NCBI GenBank assembly: GCA_907165135.1
Contig: OU015570.1
Coordinates: 1,426,001 to 1,490,000 of the forward strand
From: Oikopleura dioica
Taxonomy: Eukaryota > Animalia > Chordata
Length of the DNA stretch: 64,000 nucleotides
Reading direction: 5' to 3'
A model generated the notes under the pieces. It had not been told where the DNA came from, did not search any database, and was given only the letters and a program-made list of their open reading frames with translations. The stretch's first letter is position 1. Each line of letters begins with the position of its first letter. This document shows, piece by piece, positions 49,700 through 61,769 of this stretch. A program made the translations under genes and the position numbers.

Positions 49700-50690
49700 C
49701 AACCTCGATCTGTCTTTGCGCATAAAAGGCTTCAACCTCAAGTTTCGCGCTCTTGTCGATTCTTGAGCGGCAAAGAACTTCATTCCGATGCACATGCTCC
49801 CGCCTGCGGTTCAAGACTTGATAAAACCGTGCGACATGACTTTCAACGGATGTGGTACTATGAGTTCGAGCGGCACTATCTTTGGTCGCCTCTCACACGA
49901 AGCAACGCCGCATTTGTTCGACAATGTCACCTTCTATGTCGTAAAACAGAACTTCCCAGCCATTCTCGGCGGCGAATATTTCACCGGTATTCACTTCAAG
50001 GATGGCTCATTTTTAAGCGCGATGGTGACCCTATCGGCGAGTTCAAAGAAATGGCACGCATCCCTACTATCTAGGCCTCACCAAAGCTCAACGTGAGCGC
50101 CCGATTCCAAAACACCTGCACCCGGAAGTCGAATTAAACGTCTGCAGAATGGCCTCAGGAGGCATCATCGAGCCTTGTAAAGACGGCAAAGACTTCCACT
50201 CTCCACTCATCCCCGTCAGAAAGAGCGACGATGGATTGCGCGTCTGCAGCGACTTCAAGGAATCCCTCAACAAGGTGCTCACCAAAACGACCGATTTCTG
50301 GCCTTTTTGCACGGCCACAAAATCTTCAACTCCCTCGATTTATCCAAGGCTTACTGAACTTGGTCAGAGACCCACGCGACCGCCACAAAACGAATTTTAC
50401 ATTCGACTCAAAATGCTTGCGATATGTGCGCGTCCCCTTCGGACTTCGATTTTCGGGTGATGCATTCTGGAAAGCCATCGCCAAGATGCTCTCTAAGGTC
50501 TTGCTGAAGCAGAATTTCTGCACATATGTCGACGACATATTAGTGTTCTCCGATGACACAGCTACTCATCTGGAAGTCCTACGCCATATCTACGCTGTTT
50601 GCCGAGAATACGGCGCTCGACTCGGCGCGAAAAATGCTCATTCGGCAAATTCTCGACCCTATTCATGGGCCGAATCAAAGCCAATCAGAG
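49700..50690 (+). pseudogene. pol: pol remnant (protease, RT)
   Basis: LVDS*AAKNFI (DSG mutated), GIIEPC..FHSPLIPVRKSDDGLRVCSDF, VPFGLRFSG, YVDD at 50525-50536. Confidence 0.9.
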
Positions 50691-51571
50691 GCCTGCCTCC
50701 GGTTTCCCTTCTGGTCGCCGCTTTTTCCTTTCTGAACCGCCGCGCTCGCGCTAAAACCTGCGCCGCGCGTCCAGTCAACTCTACTCTTCACCCTAGAATC
50801 ATCATCGTCTGGGGGCTGTCGTTGGTTCTCGAAGAAGCAGATCATGATCCTGTCTTGTTTGCTTGTTTTTATCGCGTACCGTATTTATGCGGAGCGCGCT
50901 GCATTTTCCACTCACTTCGTTCTTGCCCGCTCTAAGGAGCCCTTCAAAATATACCAGTCCTATTTCTACGCTAGACCCTCCATGATCTTTTTTGTTACAT
51001 TATTAGGCATATAATATGCCGCATATTCTTGTAATACTCCTCGTTTTCTAATTCTGGCGAGATCTGATTTGAATAATGTTTCATGTAATCGTCACGCTCA
51101 GCCGAATATCTTGTTTGAAATTGCAATTGCGAACAGAGCCGCCCGCCACCCGAAATTGGGAATATTTCATATCCTCCTTGTTATCTGTGATCTCAATATG
51201 AACAAGGTGGAATTCGCACTTGGCTCCAATAATCCTGTGCTCTAGTATGCATTACACATTACGCCCTTTTTCTAGAGCCTGACGCAGAAGAGCGTCTTTC
51301 TGAATGGATGATCGAGTCGCTTAATTTTCATCCCCAAGAACTTTTTGAAAAACTGACGCTTATAATTTATCCGTAAGCGGAAATGTAATAAACGGGGGCC
51401 AATCCCCCAAAGTTATACGTACTATCATAGTCTATCAAGTAGCAGCAGCTTCTTTCATGAGCGAACCGAAAATATTGCTCAAAAGAATTCGCAGAACGCC
51501 GTTCTGTATTTTCAGAACGCCGTTCTGGCAGAACGTACCCGCCCGTCACCCTACCCCCTACGTTAGTTAGT

Positions 51572-52047
51572 ATTATAATCACGCACAAATAACAATGGTA
51601 ATGGGAATATTCCCGAGCACGCGCAATAACAATACTGTGGTAGAGAAAGAGCCTTTCTAAGGTAATGGACTGGGCAGTATGTAGGGCGTGTGCTCGTTTA
51701 CCCTACATGTACTGCTTATTTCAGGGATGGTGGGCGGGAGAGTCTTTTGATTCAGCTAGGAGTCTTATTGGTAATGCTTCTGCTGAGAAAAAGGCTCTAT
51801 TTAAAATTCCTTTTTTAGGTTTTAGCTGCAGGCTAAGAACCTTTTGAATGAACCTGCGTGATTTCGGGGCACCCGCTCGAAACCAGGTGCTCTCGGGCGC
51901 CTTTGACACCTTCCGCTGCTTCCTGGGAGTCCCTGCCTCTGGTTACTAGGCTTCCTGCCGCGTTCTATTTCTAGCGGGCTGCTAATCCCCTGTCCTAGAT
52001 TCGGATTATAATCACGCACAAATAACAATGGTAATGGGAATATTCCC
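51572..52047. repeat. Pair of identical 43-bp direct repeats (51572-51614, 52005-52047); putative 3' terminus of element B
   Basis: ATTATAATCACGCACAAATAACAATGGTAATGGGAATATTCCC occurs twice. Confidence 0.9.
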
Positions 52048-52246
52048 TCCCTACCATTCTCGTTATTCTCGTCAATCGATGTCTAAGGATTCTTAATTTG
52101 GCAGGAAAAAGGATGGGAAGACTCTTTTTCATGTTGACAGCGTTATCTGTGGTCTAAGCTTCAGTTGTTTTCTGTTTCTTTTGCTTTTGATTGGCTTCTT
52201 GTGGTTCTTGGGGTATCTGAAACCTTTTTAAATGAATGAGTCTCCC

Positions 52247-53329
52247 TTATTGTGCCGTTTTTACCTGAAGAGAGTTGTCTTCGTTGTCGCTTCCGTTTCG
52301 CTTTCTGGCTCTTGATTTTGCGACGCTGACGGGCGCTCCCAAGTTGCTACACTCGAGCCAGCATCTTTCGTAGTAGTCCGGCATCGAGCTTCCTGGCGCC
52401 CAGCGGAGCGTGTGCGCGAGTGTTTGTTGCGAGAGGCCAGAGCGTCGTCCTTCGATGTAGAAACTGACTCTGCCTGTGTGTGCGGAAACCTGAATTGGAT
52501 TCTTACAGTTCGTGAGGACTTTTCGTTATGAACCTTCTTAGAGAGTCCTGCTTTGGCTCCGTAGCGGGCTAGGTAGTCCGAGGCGATTCTGGTGTGACCT
52601 TCGAGAGTCTTGAGGACGAGTCCTGTCGAGAAAATTTAGCTTGGGGTAAGTCGGATTCGGATTTTACCTGATTCTCGGTCTCTCACTTGTGCTCGGAGCT
52701 CGAGAACTAGCGGGACGCCGCGCTTCATTTCCATTGGAATGGTGAGAGTCTCCATGCGTTTGCAGAATGGGTCCGTTTTGCTGGTTCGGATGTGGAATCG
52801 CCAGAACTCTTTTCCGTCCTCCTTGACGCTTTCGCGATCTTCGATTCTGAGGTTGAGGGCCTCCTTCATTCTGGAACCCGTGGTGAAGCAAATGAAGAAG
52901 GCGATAACTGCTTCTCTTGGCTTTGGCTTGTTTGTTTTCATAAGCTCTTCCCACAACTGAATCGCTTCGGGCTCGTCGACGACTTCCGCTTGCTTAAGGA
53001 AAGGGTTATCGCCTAGAAGAGCGGAATTGGTTTACCTTGGGGTATTGGAGCGTCTCGGCTGCGGATTCCCGAGCTCTGTGCTCGCACCAGGTCTTGATCT
53101 TCCTTTTCTGTTTGGCCCTGAGAGTTTTCTTCGTTTGAGACGCGATTACGTCTTGGATCGTTGTGATTCCTTTTTCGTAAGCGTAGGCCTTGAGTCTTGG
53201 TCTGATGAGGAGCCTGTCGAGAAAGTGCTGAATCACGTCGTCGGTCTCGGCTTCGTCATAGCTGAAGGTAGCCATTGCCTCCGCCACTTCCCAGTGTTCT
53301 AGAAGATTCTTGTAGTCGAGCCAAGTCAT
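52247..53329 (-). CDS. Spliced tyrosine recombinase of element B (about 316 aa, intact)
   Basis: Exons 53329-53036, 52992-52668, 52622-52534, 52489-52247 (a further 3' intron is possible). Motifs TGSRMKE, TSKTDP, SAHTGRVS, LRW, DYY. Confidence 0.88.
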
Positions 53330-53505
53330 GAATCTGAATTGAGTCTTTTTGGGCTCGAGTTTTAGAGGGCCTGGATATTTAAAGTGTGAAAGGCTTTTTA
53401 GATTGGCAGTGTTTTTGAAAAAGAAAAACTAGGCGAAAAACTGCGCACTGCCAGAGGCTGTTCTTCGCTTAAGGAGTGGATTGATTCTTAAAGAGAGTCT
53501 TGAGA

Positions 53506-54793
53506 TTATTCGACTCCGCCTTGGTCTAGAAACTTCTTGGTGTCTCCTCCTTGATTGCTTCTACCGCCGCGGCCTCGCCCGCGACCTCGTCCTCGGCCTC
53601 CCGAATGTCCGCTTCCTTCGGCGTTGAATTTGGGGCTCGCATTTTCCCCTTGATGGTCCGTTTTCTGCTTCTTGCTTTGGCCGCCATTCGAGTGTCCTCC
53701 TCGGCGCCCACGGCCTGGTTTAGAGTCTTTTTCGGTGCGCCAGTCCTCCGAACCATCGCAGAGATTAATGATCATCTTTTTGAAGGTCGGATGAGTCGTG
53801 TTCATTGTCATGGCTCTGTCGAATTGGTGGCGCACGTTTGGGCGCATAACCGGCTAAAGCGGCTAAGGATTATGAGTCGTGGTGTTTTTTTTAAATGGTA
53901 GGTTTACCGTGAGGGATAGAAGCGCGTCTTTGCGAGTCATGTCCGGCATACGAATCAGTTCGTCGACGACGCTTTCGATGATCGCCCGCTCGGTGTACTC
54001 GGGAGTCATGGCTCTCTTATAGTTTCCGAGCAACTTCAGGAGCTTTTCTCGTCTGAAGGTCCGTTGAGTCTTGGCATCCGTGACGAACGCCCGGAATTCC
54101 TTGCCCATGTCTCGGAGGGAGTCTCCTTCATCTTTTGGCAGGCTTGTCGAGCCGACTTGAGTCTGAAAAATTAGGATTTTAGATTTTTTCTTTTCTTTTT
54201 TACTTTTTATTCTTACCATGAAATAGGATTCTACGCCAGTGAGCGGGTCCTTTTCCTTGAAGACCGCTGCAGACTCGGTCGTGTTTTGGGAGAGCTCGGT
54301 GATTTTCGTCTCCCGAGCTTTGATTTGGGCGAACATGGACCCCTTGAGGCTGTAGCGCTCCATCTTGTCGGCAATCAGGCGGCGGAGTTTAGATTCTATT
54401 TCCGATGGATTCCAACGATCATAAAATTTGTTCTCCTCCTCCGATCGCTTTTTGGCGTTGGGCTCTCGTTTTTTGATCTCGAGACTCTTGTCGCGGTTGG
54501 CTTCGAGTTCCGCGATCTCTTTCTATAATGAGAGGGAGTTTTTCCGCGTTTAGTGGAGATTAACTTACAATGAGGAAGTCGGTGAGCTTGTCGTGAGTCG
54601 CCATGTCTTTTCTGATATCCTCGATTTCCACGATGAGTCGGTCAGCCTCTTCCGTTTGAGCTTGAGTCTTTGAATGCTCATAGAATGCTGCCTTGGTGAT
54701 CTGGACTCTGACCGCCCGCGTTTTCGCTTCCTGCTCCGTGAGCTTCGTGTGGTCAGAGAGAAGCTTGGAGAGGGTCTTGGTCTGTTCTGCCAT
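53506..54793 (-). CDS. Spliced ORF-X of element B (377 aa; coiled-coil plus RGG tail, intact)
   Basis: Exons 54793-54569, 54522-54217, 54162-53908, 53853-53506 (three phase-0 introns). SYFMTQVGSTSL..GKEFRAFVTD aligns without gaps to element A SYFQVSLGASKL..GIELRNIVTD. Confidence 0.82.
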
Positions 54794-54898
54794 TTTTTCA
54801 ATTGATTCCGAGTCTAAAAAATAGGAGTTTTGAGATTCAGATTTTATATTTTCCGTGGATTGGCTGAATGGTGAATCTAAGAGAGAGGTTACAGAGCC

Positions 54899-57796
54899 TC
54901 AGAGTCTATTAGCAATAATTTTTATGGTTGAGATGTTCGTCGCGACTTTCCAGTAGCCTTCAGCAGTTTTCACTTTTGAGGGCGTGAGGATGGAATCCGC
55001 CGGTATGTCAAAGATTCTGTAGCCTTTGAGTCTGGCCTGTGTTACCACTACTGGTTCGGCTTCAAAGCATGGCACCACCAGAGCCCATGGCGTCGCTATT
55101 TCGGTGAGTCTGTTGTAGTATTTTTGAGAGATTTTGGAGGCGGGAACGCATATAATTTTCTTCCGATAAGTGCGTGGATTGGCAAGCTTAGGAAGTCTTT
55201 TCCAAAGGCTCCTTTCGTCTCTCGGCGTGCGATGAAGTCTCTGCATTTATTGTTGAGTGGCTGAACGGAATGAAAGTTTATTTGCGAGTCCGCTTCGCTG
55301 TTTGAGTCTTACCGTTGCTGCCACGTCGATGTCGAGCAGATCCCGGAGGTGAGATTGGAGATAAGCGAATCCGATTGCCGTTAGTTTTTGCTCCCTTGAG
55401 TCCAAATCCCTGGAAGGAGCGTCGGCCAGCTGCTTCTTTGTGCTGACCCAATCGACCTTCATGTCTATGTTGAAACGATGCGCCAGAGTCCAGATTCTGA
55501 CTAGAATCCGGTTCATTTCCGGGTCTTTGCTACCCGCTATCGCTCCTTGAACCACACTGTCGTTGTCGCAGAGAAACAGTGCTTTCTTGTTCTGAAGCCG
55601 TACCACTCGAGCGTGTATTTGATCGCGAGGGCTTCTTTGATACCGATGTGTTTGTCTGCTACGTCCGGCTCCCACGCGAATCTTTCTTCTAGCTTCCAGT
55701 GCTCGATGACGATGGCTCCTGCGTGCGAAGAAGCGTCTGTGTATACAGTGAAACCCCAACTTAAGGCCAAGCAACTTAAGGCCACTTTTTTGAAAAAACC
55801 CAAAAATATGTCATCCGAAAAAAATCCAACTTAAGGCCACTTTTTTTCCATTTTTATTCACAGTAAGTAAATCGCAGGAAAACAGGCGAGAAATGGGGAA
55901 GATAAGATATTTTTCGTAAAAAATTTCTTGGAATTTCTTTTCCGGTTTCTTGTCGATTTAATTTGGTCCAATGCCTCTTGAGTCCTTTTTCTTCCAGAAG
56001 ATTCCAGAGTCTCCATTCCTCTCGGACTTCTTGAGTCAGAATGCAGGATTCTTCTTCGTTTCTGATGGCTTCACTGATGAGGATTGTTGTTTGACGGATG
56101 AGCATTCTCATGTTCGGGAGGACTTCCGCCATGCTTGCCATTGTGCCTCTGATTCTTTCCAGCGTCCGCGTCGGAATTTCTGCCTCTGCTTCGGCCTCTT
56201 TCATGAGATTCTTTAGGGCTGACCACCTTGGGATTTGCATCTCTACCGTTTCGTTTTCTGTGTCTAGAATGAAGCCCAGGAATTCTATTCTTTGGGTAGG
56301 CTCGAAGGTGCTTTTCGCGATGTTAACATAGCCACCTAGCGCTACTAGCGTCGCTACCGTTGCCCAGACTTCCTTGCTGGTTTTTTCTCCCGACAGCAGT
56401 TGGCGGCGTTCTTCTTCAGATTCTGGAGTAACAGCCAAGAGTCTGTCATCCAAACAAAGCGTGATTTTGATTCCGTTTTTCCTCAGGAAATTGACTCCAC
56501 ACAGATTCATGAGTTGGTAGATTCCGGGCGCGGCTGGGATTCCGAAGGCTAGGATATTGTTTCTGAAATATTGGCCTCCCCATTCGAAGCAGGCGAGTTT
56601 CTTGCTCTCTTCGCTGAGCGGGAGCTGGTGGAATCCTAGATTTGAGTTTTTAGTTCTGAGGCTTTTGCTGTTGTTTTACCTTTTTTATCGTCGAATTTGT
56701 ACAGTAGATCCCCTCTTTTGAGCATCTGAATCGCTGTTCCAATGCCTTCCAATTTACACGGGAACGTGTATAGTTGAAGCGGTTTGAGAACTCCACCGTT
56801 CCAGCAGACTCTTGTCTCTCTGCCTGGCTTGTCAACCAGAAAGAATCCCGCGCGGATCCAGCATCCTTTGGCTTCTGTGACTCTTGTTACTGAGCCCATT
56901 TCGCACCAGTCGGTGATTTGTTGGGCAATCTCATCGCTTCTTTCTCTTACAGCTTCCTGGCTCGGGATTGTGAGAGTCTTGAATCGCTTGCCGATTTTTT
57001 CGTATGGTCGAGGCACAAATTTTGAGAGTCGTAGTCTGTGGTTGTACCAGGTTTTGAAATTTCCGTCCATCTTCCTAAGAGTGTCCGCGTTGGCTGCGTT
57101 TCTTTTCCAAATAGTTACCAGTTCCTTTCGCTAAAATTTGACTGGCTTCTTCGGCGGTATTCTTTTGAGATTCAAAAATAGGTCTGCTCCTGCGTGGACG
57201 AAGTGGTAGATAAAAGGCTTCACTTTCTCGGGCATCTGATGGATTAGGACTCTCCAGTTATCTTTGTTGTGGGTCCATTGGCCGGCGATGAAATCGGATT
57301 CTTTTTTGAGCGCCAGGTCCCTCCAGTCGGGCTTGATCTCGTTATTAAGGACTTTTATGACTCTGTGAAGCAGATCTGTCTCGTAGACTCTCCATTCAGG
57401 TAAGGATTTTGGGCCGGTGATTGGATCGTTGTGAATGTTTACTGGGTTTATGATTGGAAATCTCGGTCTATTGAAGATCCCTTTGTTCGCCATGGCCTGC
57501 ATCTCTGATTCGATTGTTTCCCAGCTCTTCGTCTTCTTCGTTTGCTCTCTTTCGTTTGAATCCCGCGGCTGTGCGGGCGGACTCATAGCTTCTCGGAATC
57601 GGGATTTTCCAGAAGAGTTTCTCGTATGTGGTGCCATAAAGTGAGGATGGATCTTCGAGTCCTCTCTCGAGGCGGTTGTCGATGTCGTTGAGATTGAGGG
57701 CTCTATATTCAGCATCAGCGATGCAATCTCTCGGTGGCCAGATTTTACGCAGCGTACGGATTGCGTCCCAGGCCGTGTAATCTTGATTCGAGTCAA
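54899..57796 (-). pseudogene. pol: pol of element B (N-extension, RT, RNase H, MT-like), with intron(s), a MITE insertion and CLDD
   Basis: Intron 56636-56679 splits DDKKG|FHQ. Motifs AFGIPAAPGIYQ, CLDD (56445-56456), EFLGF, YTDAS, KEALAI, CDN, WVSTKKQLADAPSR; C-terminal GYW is shared with element A. Confidence 0.88.
55746..55945. mobile_element. pogo-like MITE fragment inserted into the RNase H of element B
   Basis: TA|CAGTGAAACCCC at 55744, at the Tyr codon of YTDAS; similar to 43134-43230 and to about 8235-8290. Confidence 0.65.
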
Positions 57797-58679
57797 TGTT
57801 CGTTAAGAATTCTTTGAGCGTCAAACTAATGGGATTCGATGCTCCGCAAAGCGTGTTAAGGTGAGTTCATGCTGATCTTGCTGCACTTGATAGGAGTCTT
57901 GGAAAGATGCATCGCGTGTTCGTTATCTGGAAAAGGATTTCTCCAAATATTGAGTTGGCGATGGAGATGCAGAGTTGTCTTTCTTTCGCGAAGGAAGCGT
58001 GTCTTTTGTCCGGGCTCAACTCTAGAATCTTTTTGAATCTGATGTTCCAAATGTGAGCTATGAGCGTCATTCTTGGTGATGCTCGAGAGTTGAGGTTTTC
58101 TGGTGGCTTGCATCTCGCTAAGATCATTCTGAAGATGGCTTCTGCAGATTCATTACAGAGTCTTCCCAAGATCCAAGCGGCGGCCTCTTCTAGCTTCCGA
58201 AGATCATCTTTTGAAACTGAGTCTCTTTCCAGTGGCTCCATCATTTTGGCCCAGAAGGTTATTTCCGCCGAATTGTAGACGCTAGAAGCGTGGACTTGCT
58301 TCATTAGCTTCTCCACCACAGGTCTAACTGTCAGTTCCAGCGTGTCTTGAATCGTCTCTAGATCCACCTTGTTTGTGGACGCTTGTCTTCGGTTGATTCC
58401 TATGGATGGGCTGTGCGCGATTATGGCAATGGTTTGGAAGGCGTCTAGCAGTTGAATTCCCTGGAGACCCTCATGCTCGGCTTCTTGGAGGATCGTTTTC
58501 ATAATTTTTGAGGCCTCTTGGGACTCGGAGATGATTTTGGCAGCTTCTGTTGCTAGATTATTGATCTTGTCATCCAGCGTCTCGCCGTAGCATAAGATTC
58601 TTTTTGGTGGGATGGAAGCGTTTGTGTTGAGGCTGTTTTGGATGTCCCAAACGAGCCCTTTGAGTCTCTCCAGGTTCAC
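57468..58679 (-). pseudogene. ORF1 of element B (gag position, about 400 aa, one TGA), overlapping the pol 5' end
   Basis: ORFs 57867-58679 and 57468-57824 are in the same frame, separated by one TGA; homologous to element A ORF 31576-32064. Confidence 0.75.
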
Positions 58680-59069
58680 GCTAGTGCTTTGCCCTTGCTG
58701 AGGATTCTTCGAGTCAATTTGGCTCTCGTTTGGCGGGCTTTCCGGTTGGTCCGAAGGTGGAGCTTCGTCGTTCGAGTCTTCTTTTTAGGGGCTCTTTTTT
58801 TTTAAAGTCATTGGTTAAGAGGATTCTGGCTTTTTTGTGACTCTTTGTTGCCCTGGCCTGACTCTGAAGGTAATTTATATTCCTCTGGCATTCCTTCAGG
58901 CTCTGCATTTTGACTCTCCATTCTGAATTTTTGGCTCTTTTAATTTTGGCGAGTTTTCATATATTTTAATAACAAGATTTTTTATCTTGTAGCTTGAGGA
59001 TTTACGGTTTAGATTCCTATTTTATGATGCTTCGAAGTAAATAGGCGAGGATCTTCTGGTGAGATCGAA

Positions 59070-61766
59070 TTATTTATTATGTACAGCTTTTTTGGAATTT
59101 GGAAAATGGAAAGAGGTAAGTTCTGTTTCAATGTTTTGAGGAAAAAGGCAGTATGAGTCTAAGAGTCTGGAAAGAGTTTCTTCTCTTCTTTTTCTAGTAG
59201 TGGCGTGGAGGTTTTGGGGCGGCGTCTGAGTGCACTGGGGGAATCGGGATGTCGTGGAGTCTGAAGAGTCGGACGAACACGAATCTTTCTGCTCCGCCGC
59301 TGACTCGAAGAGTGTGTCTGTGCGTCTGCTCCAGTCCTGTTGTTCCTTCTGGGCTTGAGTCTCTGGGAATCCGACTGTAGCTTCATCTTCTTCTCCGCCG
59401 GATTCTTCCATGATTTCTTCGTCTGAAGAAAAGCCATCTTCGGAGTCTATTGGAGCATTTTGGCTGGCCGGAGGCATGAGTTGAGTTGGGTCTTTTGGGT
59501 GGAGTCTTTTGATTGTTACAGTTTTAATATGATTCCCTTTTTATGTGGTTACTTTTGCTCGATTTTCGATGTTTATGAATTTTATGACTCCTTCCTGAAC
59601 GGGCGTTGTACGAGTCTTCGTACAGATCTGGTTCTGAGACGCTGTCTGCCTCTTCGTTGTTGGCCGAGTCTTGTGCTGGAGCAGGGTCTGGTTGCTGAGT
59701 CTGAGTCGAAACTGAGGAGGTTGGATTCTCCGTCTGAGTCGCCGAGTCTGCCGAGTCTGAATCTTTCAGAAAGAGGGTTTTGAATTGTTTTTTTAATGGA
59801 TTTTCGATAATTTTGGATTCTTTGAAATCAGGACTGATTCTATTTTTTGAATTGGCCTAAGTGAGTCAAAATTGAAAGGCCAAGAGCTCATCCACCTTTT
59901 CTTATGTGGATTTGTTTTATGGTGCGTCATTTTTTCTTTTAATTTTAATTCGAGTTTTAATTCCGATTATTATTCTCAATGAATCTCTTTTTCTTTGAGA
60001 TTCTTACAGCCTTTTCCTTGGGTGGTTTGGGATTCCTGGCATTTTGCCTGCTGCGCTTCCACCGGGTGAGTCTGAGTCGTTCCGTCTCGCCGCGACGTCC
60101 AGCCGATGGTCCTTGAATCGCGTCTTGCCAGCGTAGCTGCAATGTCTTTCGGGACTCCATCGCTGACGTACTCGTTTCGTCTTTGCTTCTTCCAGCTACG
60201 CAGAGAGTCTTTGCCATCTTTGGAGAGTCGATCTTGGCGGAGGAGAAAGTCCGCTCTTGACTTTTGAAAGGGTTTTTTAAAGTTCTAAGGCTCGACTTAA
60301 TGTGTAAAGTTTTAATTTGACCCTTTTCCTTGAGAGCTGAGACTCTTTCTTGATACGCTGGGAGTCTTCCTTCCGGGATCACGAGTGACTCCTCAATGTA
60401 GACGATGTTGAGGAGCGGGTGGACGTCCATGGCGGCTTTGGCGGCGTTGAGGCAGCCGTAGAAGAGACTGTGGTCTGACTGGGCTCGGTCGTCCTCGGCG
60501 ATTTTCTGGTTTTCTTCGCGCACGAGCTCGGAGAGGACTCGGGAGATGTCGTTGATGGATTTCTGCCAGCCATCGAGGGACATCTGAGCGTTGGGGTCGG
60601 TGAGTCCTTTAATGAGAGTCAGAATTTTTTAATAGAAGCAGAATCTAAGGCTTGAGAGTCTGTTATGGAAATTGTTTTTCAAGATTTAAATTTTCTTTTA
60701 AGTTCTTTTTTCTTTTTATTCTCTGACCCATTCCTTCGACCATTTGCTCGAGAAGATTTTTGAATCTGTCTCCAATCTTCAGTCTGAGTCGAATGAGCAT
60801 TCGTCCCTTCGATTCCTGCGGGAACTGAGTCACCGGGTCCATCTTGATCGCCGATTTGATCTTCCTCCAGTAGTCTGGCTCGTCGATCGGGTTTTTGGTT
60901 ATTCCGGCTTTCTCTCGGAGTCTTTCGAGCTCTTCAGCGTCGTGAATCTGTGCGTCTTGTGCGTCTCGGGTCATTTCTAGGGTCTGAAGAAACGCCTTTG
61001 TTAGCAAAGAATCGAAATTTTGGTTTTGGCTAGTTTTGTTTGGAAGAGCGCAAGGAAAATTTGAAAAGAAAGAGCGAAATTTTAAAAAGAAACACGAGAA
61101 AAAAGAGTCTAAATTAAGATCCGGAAGGAAAGAATCTTTTTTTTTTTGATTCTCTGGTTTTGACGCGTCTGGTTCTAGCGTAATCCGGTGGTTTTTCTCT
61201 TTATAAAGGGCTCTGGATGATTCTCTTTTTGTTGGAGAAAAAATGATTCTGATTTAGGCAATTTTCGCTTGAGCCCTGGCTTATCCTGGCTCGTTTTGGT
61301 GCTCCGCCAATCAGCGCGCTCTATTTCGTGAGACAACTTTGCCACTTTCCCACGGTCTCCAATTTGGATTTTATGCTATTTGATTCCAATCTTTAGATTC
61401 TTGAGACCATTTCCTGATTCTTGTGCTCTTTCGGATCTTTTTTGTGGAGATTGGTGGTTGAGGAGGTGCGCAATTCGAGGAAAAAGTGTTTTTCTCTCGT
61501 AAGACTCTTTTTTCTGTGATTTTTGCTAATTGAGAGTGAAGTAGATTCTTTTTGAGTGAGAATTTATCAGATTTAGCGAGTCTTTTCCTGAGGTTTGAAG
61601 ATTCTTGAGCTTGTTTGCGGCAGAAAAGGGGGGTTTTTGGGCGATTTTTGAGTCTTTTCGAGGGCTCCGAGTCTCTTTTTCTTTTCTTTTTACTTTTTCT
61701 TTGGAAATTTCTGATTCTTTTGGGCCCTTTTCCTGACTGTATTTTTGGTGAAGTTTTTGGAGTCAT
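59070..61766 (-). CDS. Cluster of accessory ORF/exon fragments (59070-59477, 59957-60583, 60663-61007, 61371-61766)
   Basis: All on the minus strand with A-rich GT-AG-like gaps; acidic/basic low-complexity and helical segments; no motif recognised. Confidence 0.45.
61190..61320 (-). promoter_or_regulatory. Putative internal promoter (CCAAT box plus TATA)
   Basis: Minus-strand CTGATTGGC (about 61305) upstream of TTTATAAAG (about 61200), in an intergenic gap. Confidence 0.35.
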
Positions 61767-61769
61767 TTT

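Larger units (their letters stand above)
48132..50690 (+). mobile_element. Ty3/gypsy LTR retrotransposon, decayed, truncated after RT
   Basis: LTR-like 48132-48514, PBS-like TGGTAAC at 48516, gag, protease, RT. Confidence 0.85.

Noticed and set aside
50845-51020. Small two-hydrophobic-segment ORF after the truncated gypsy RT (env-like?)
   Set aside because: Only about 56 codons with no env features; cannot be tied to either neighbouring element.
55746-55945. Interpreting the RT/RNase H gap in element B as an intron
   Set aside because: No suitable GT-AG ends; it begins with a transposon terminus at TA and matches other repeats.
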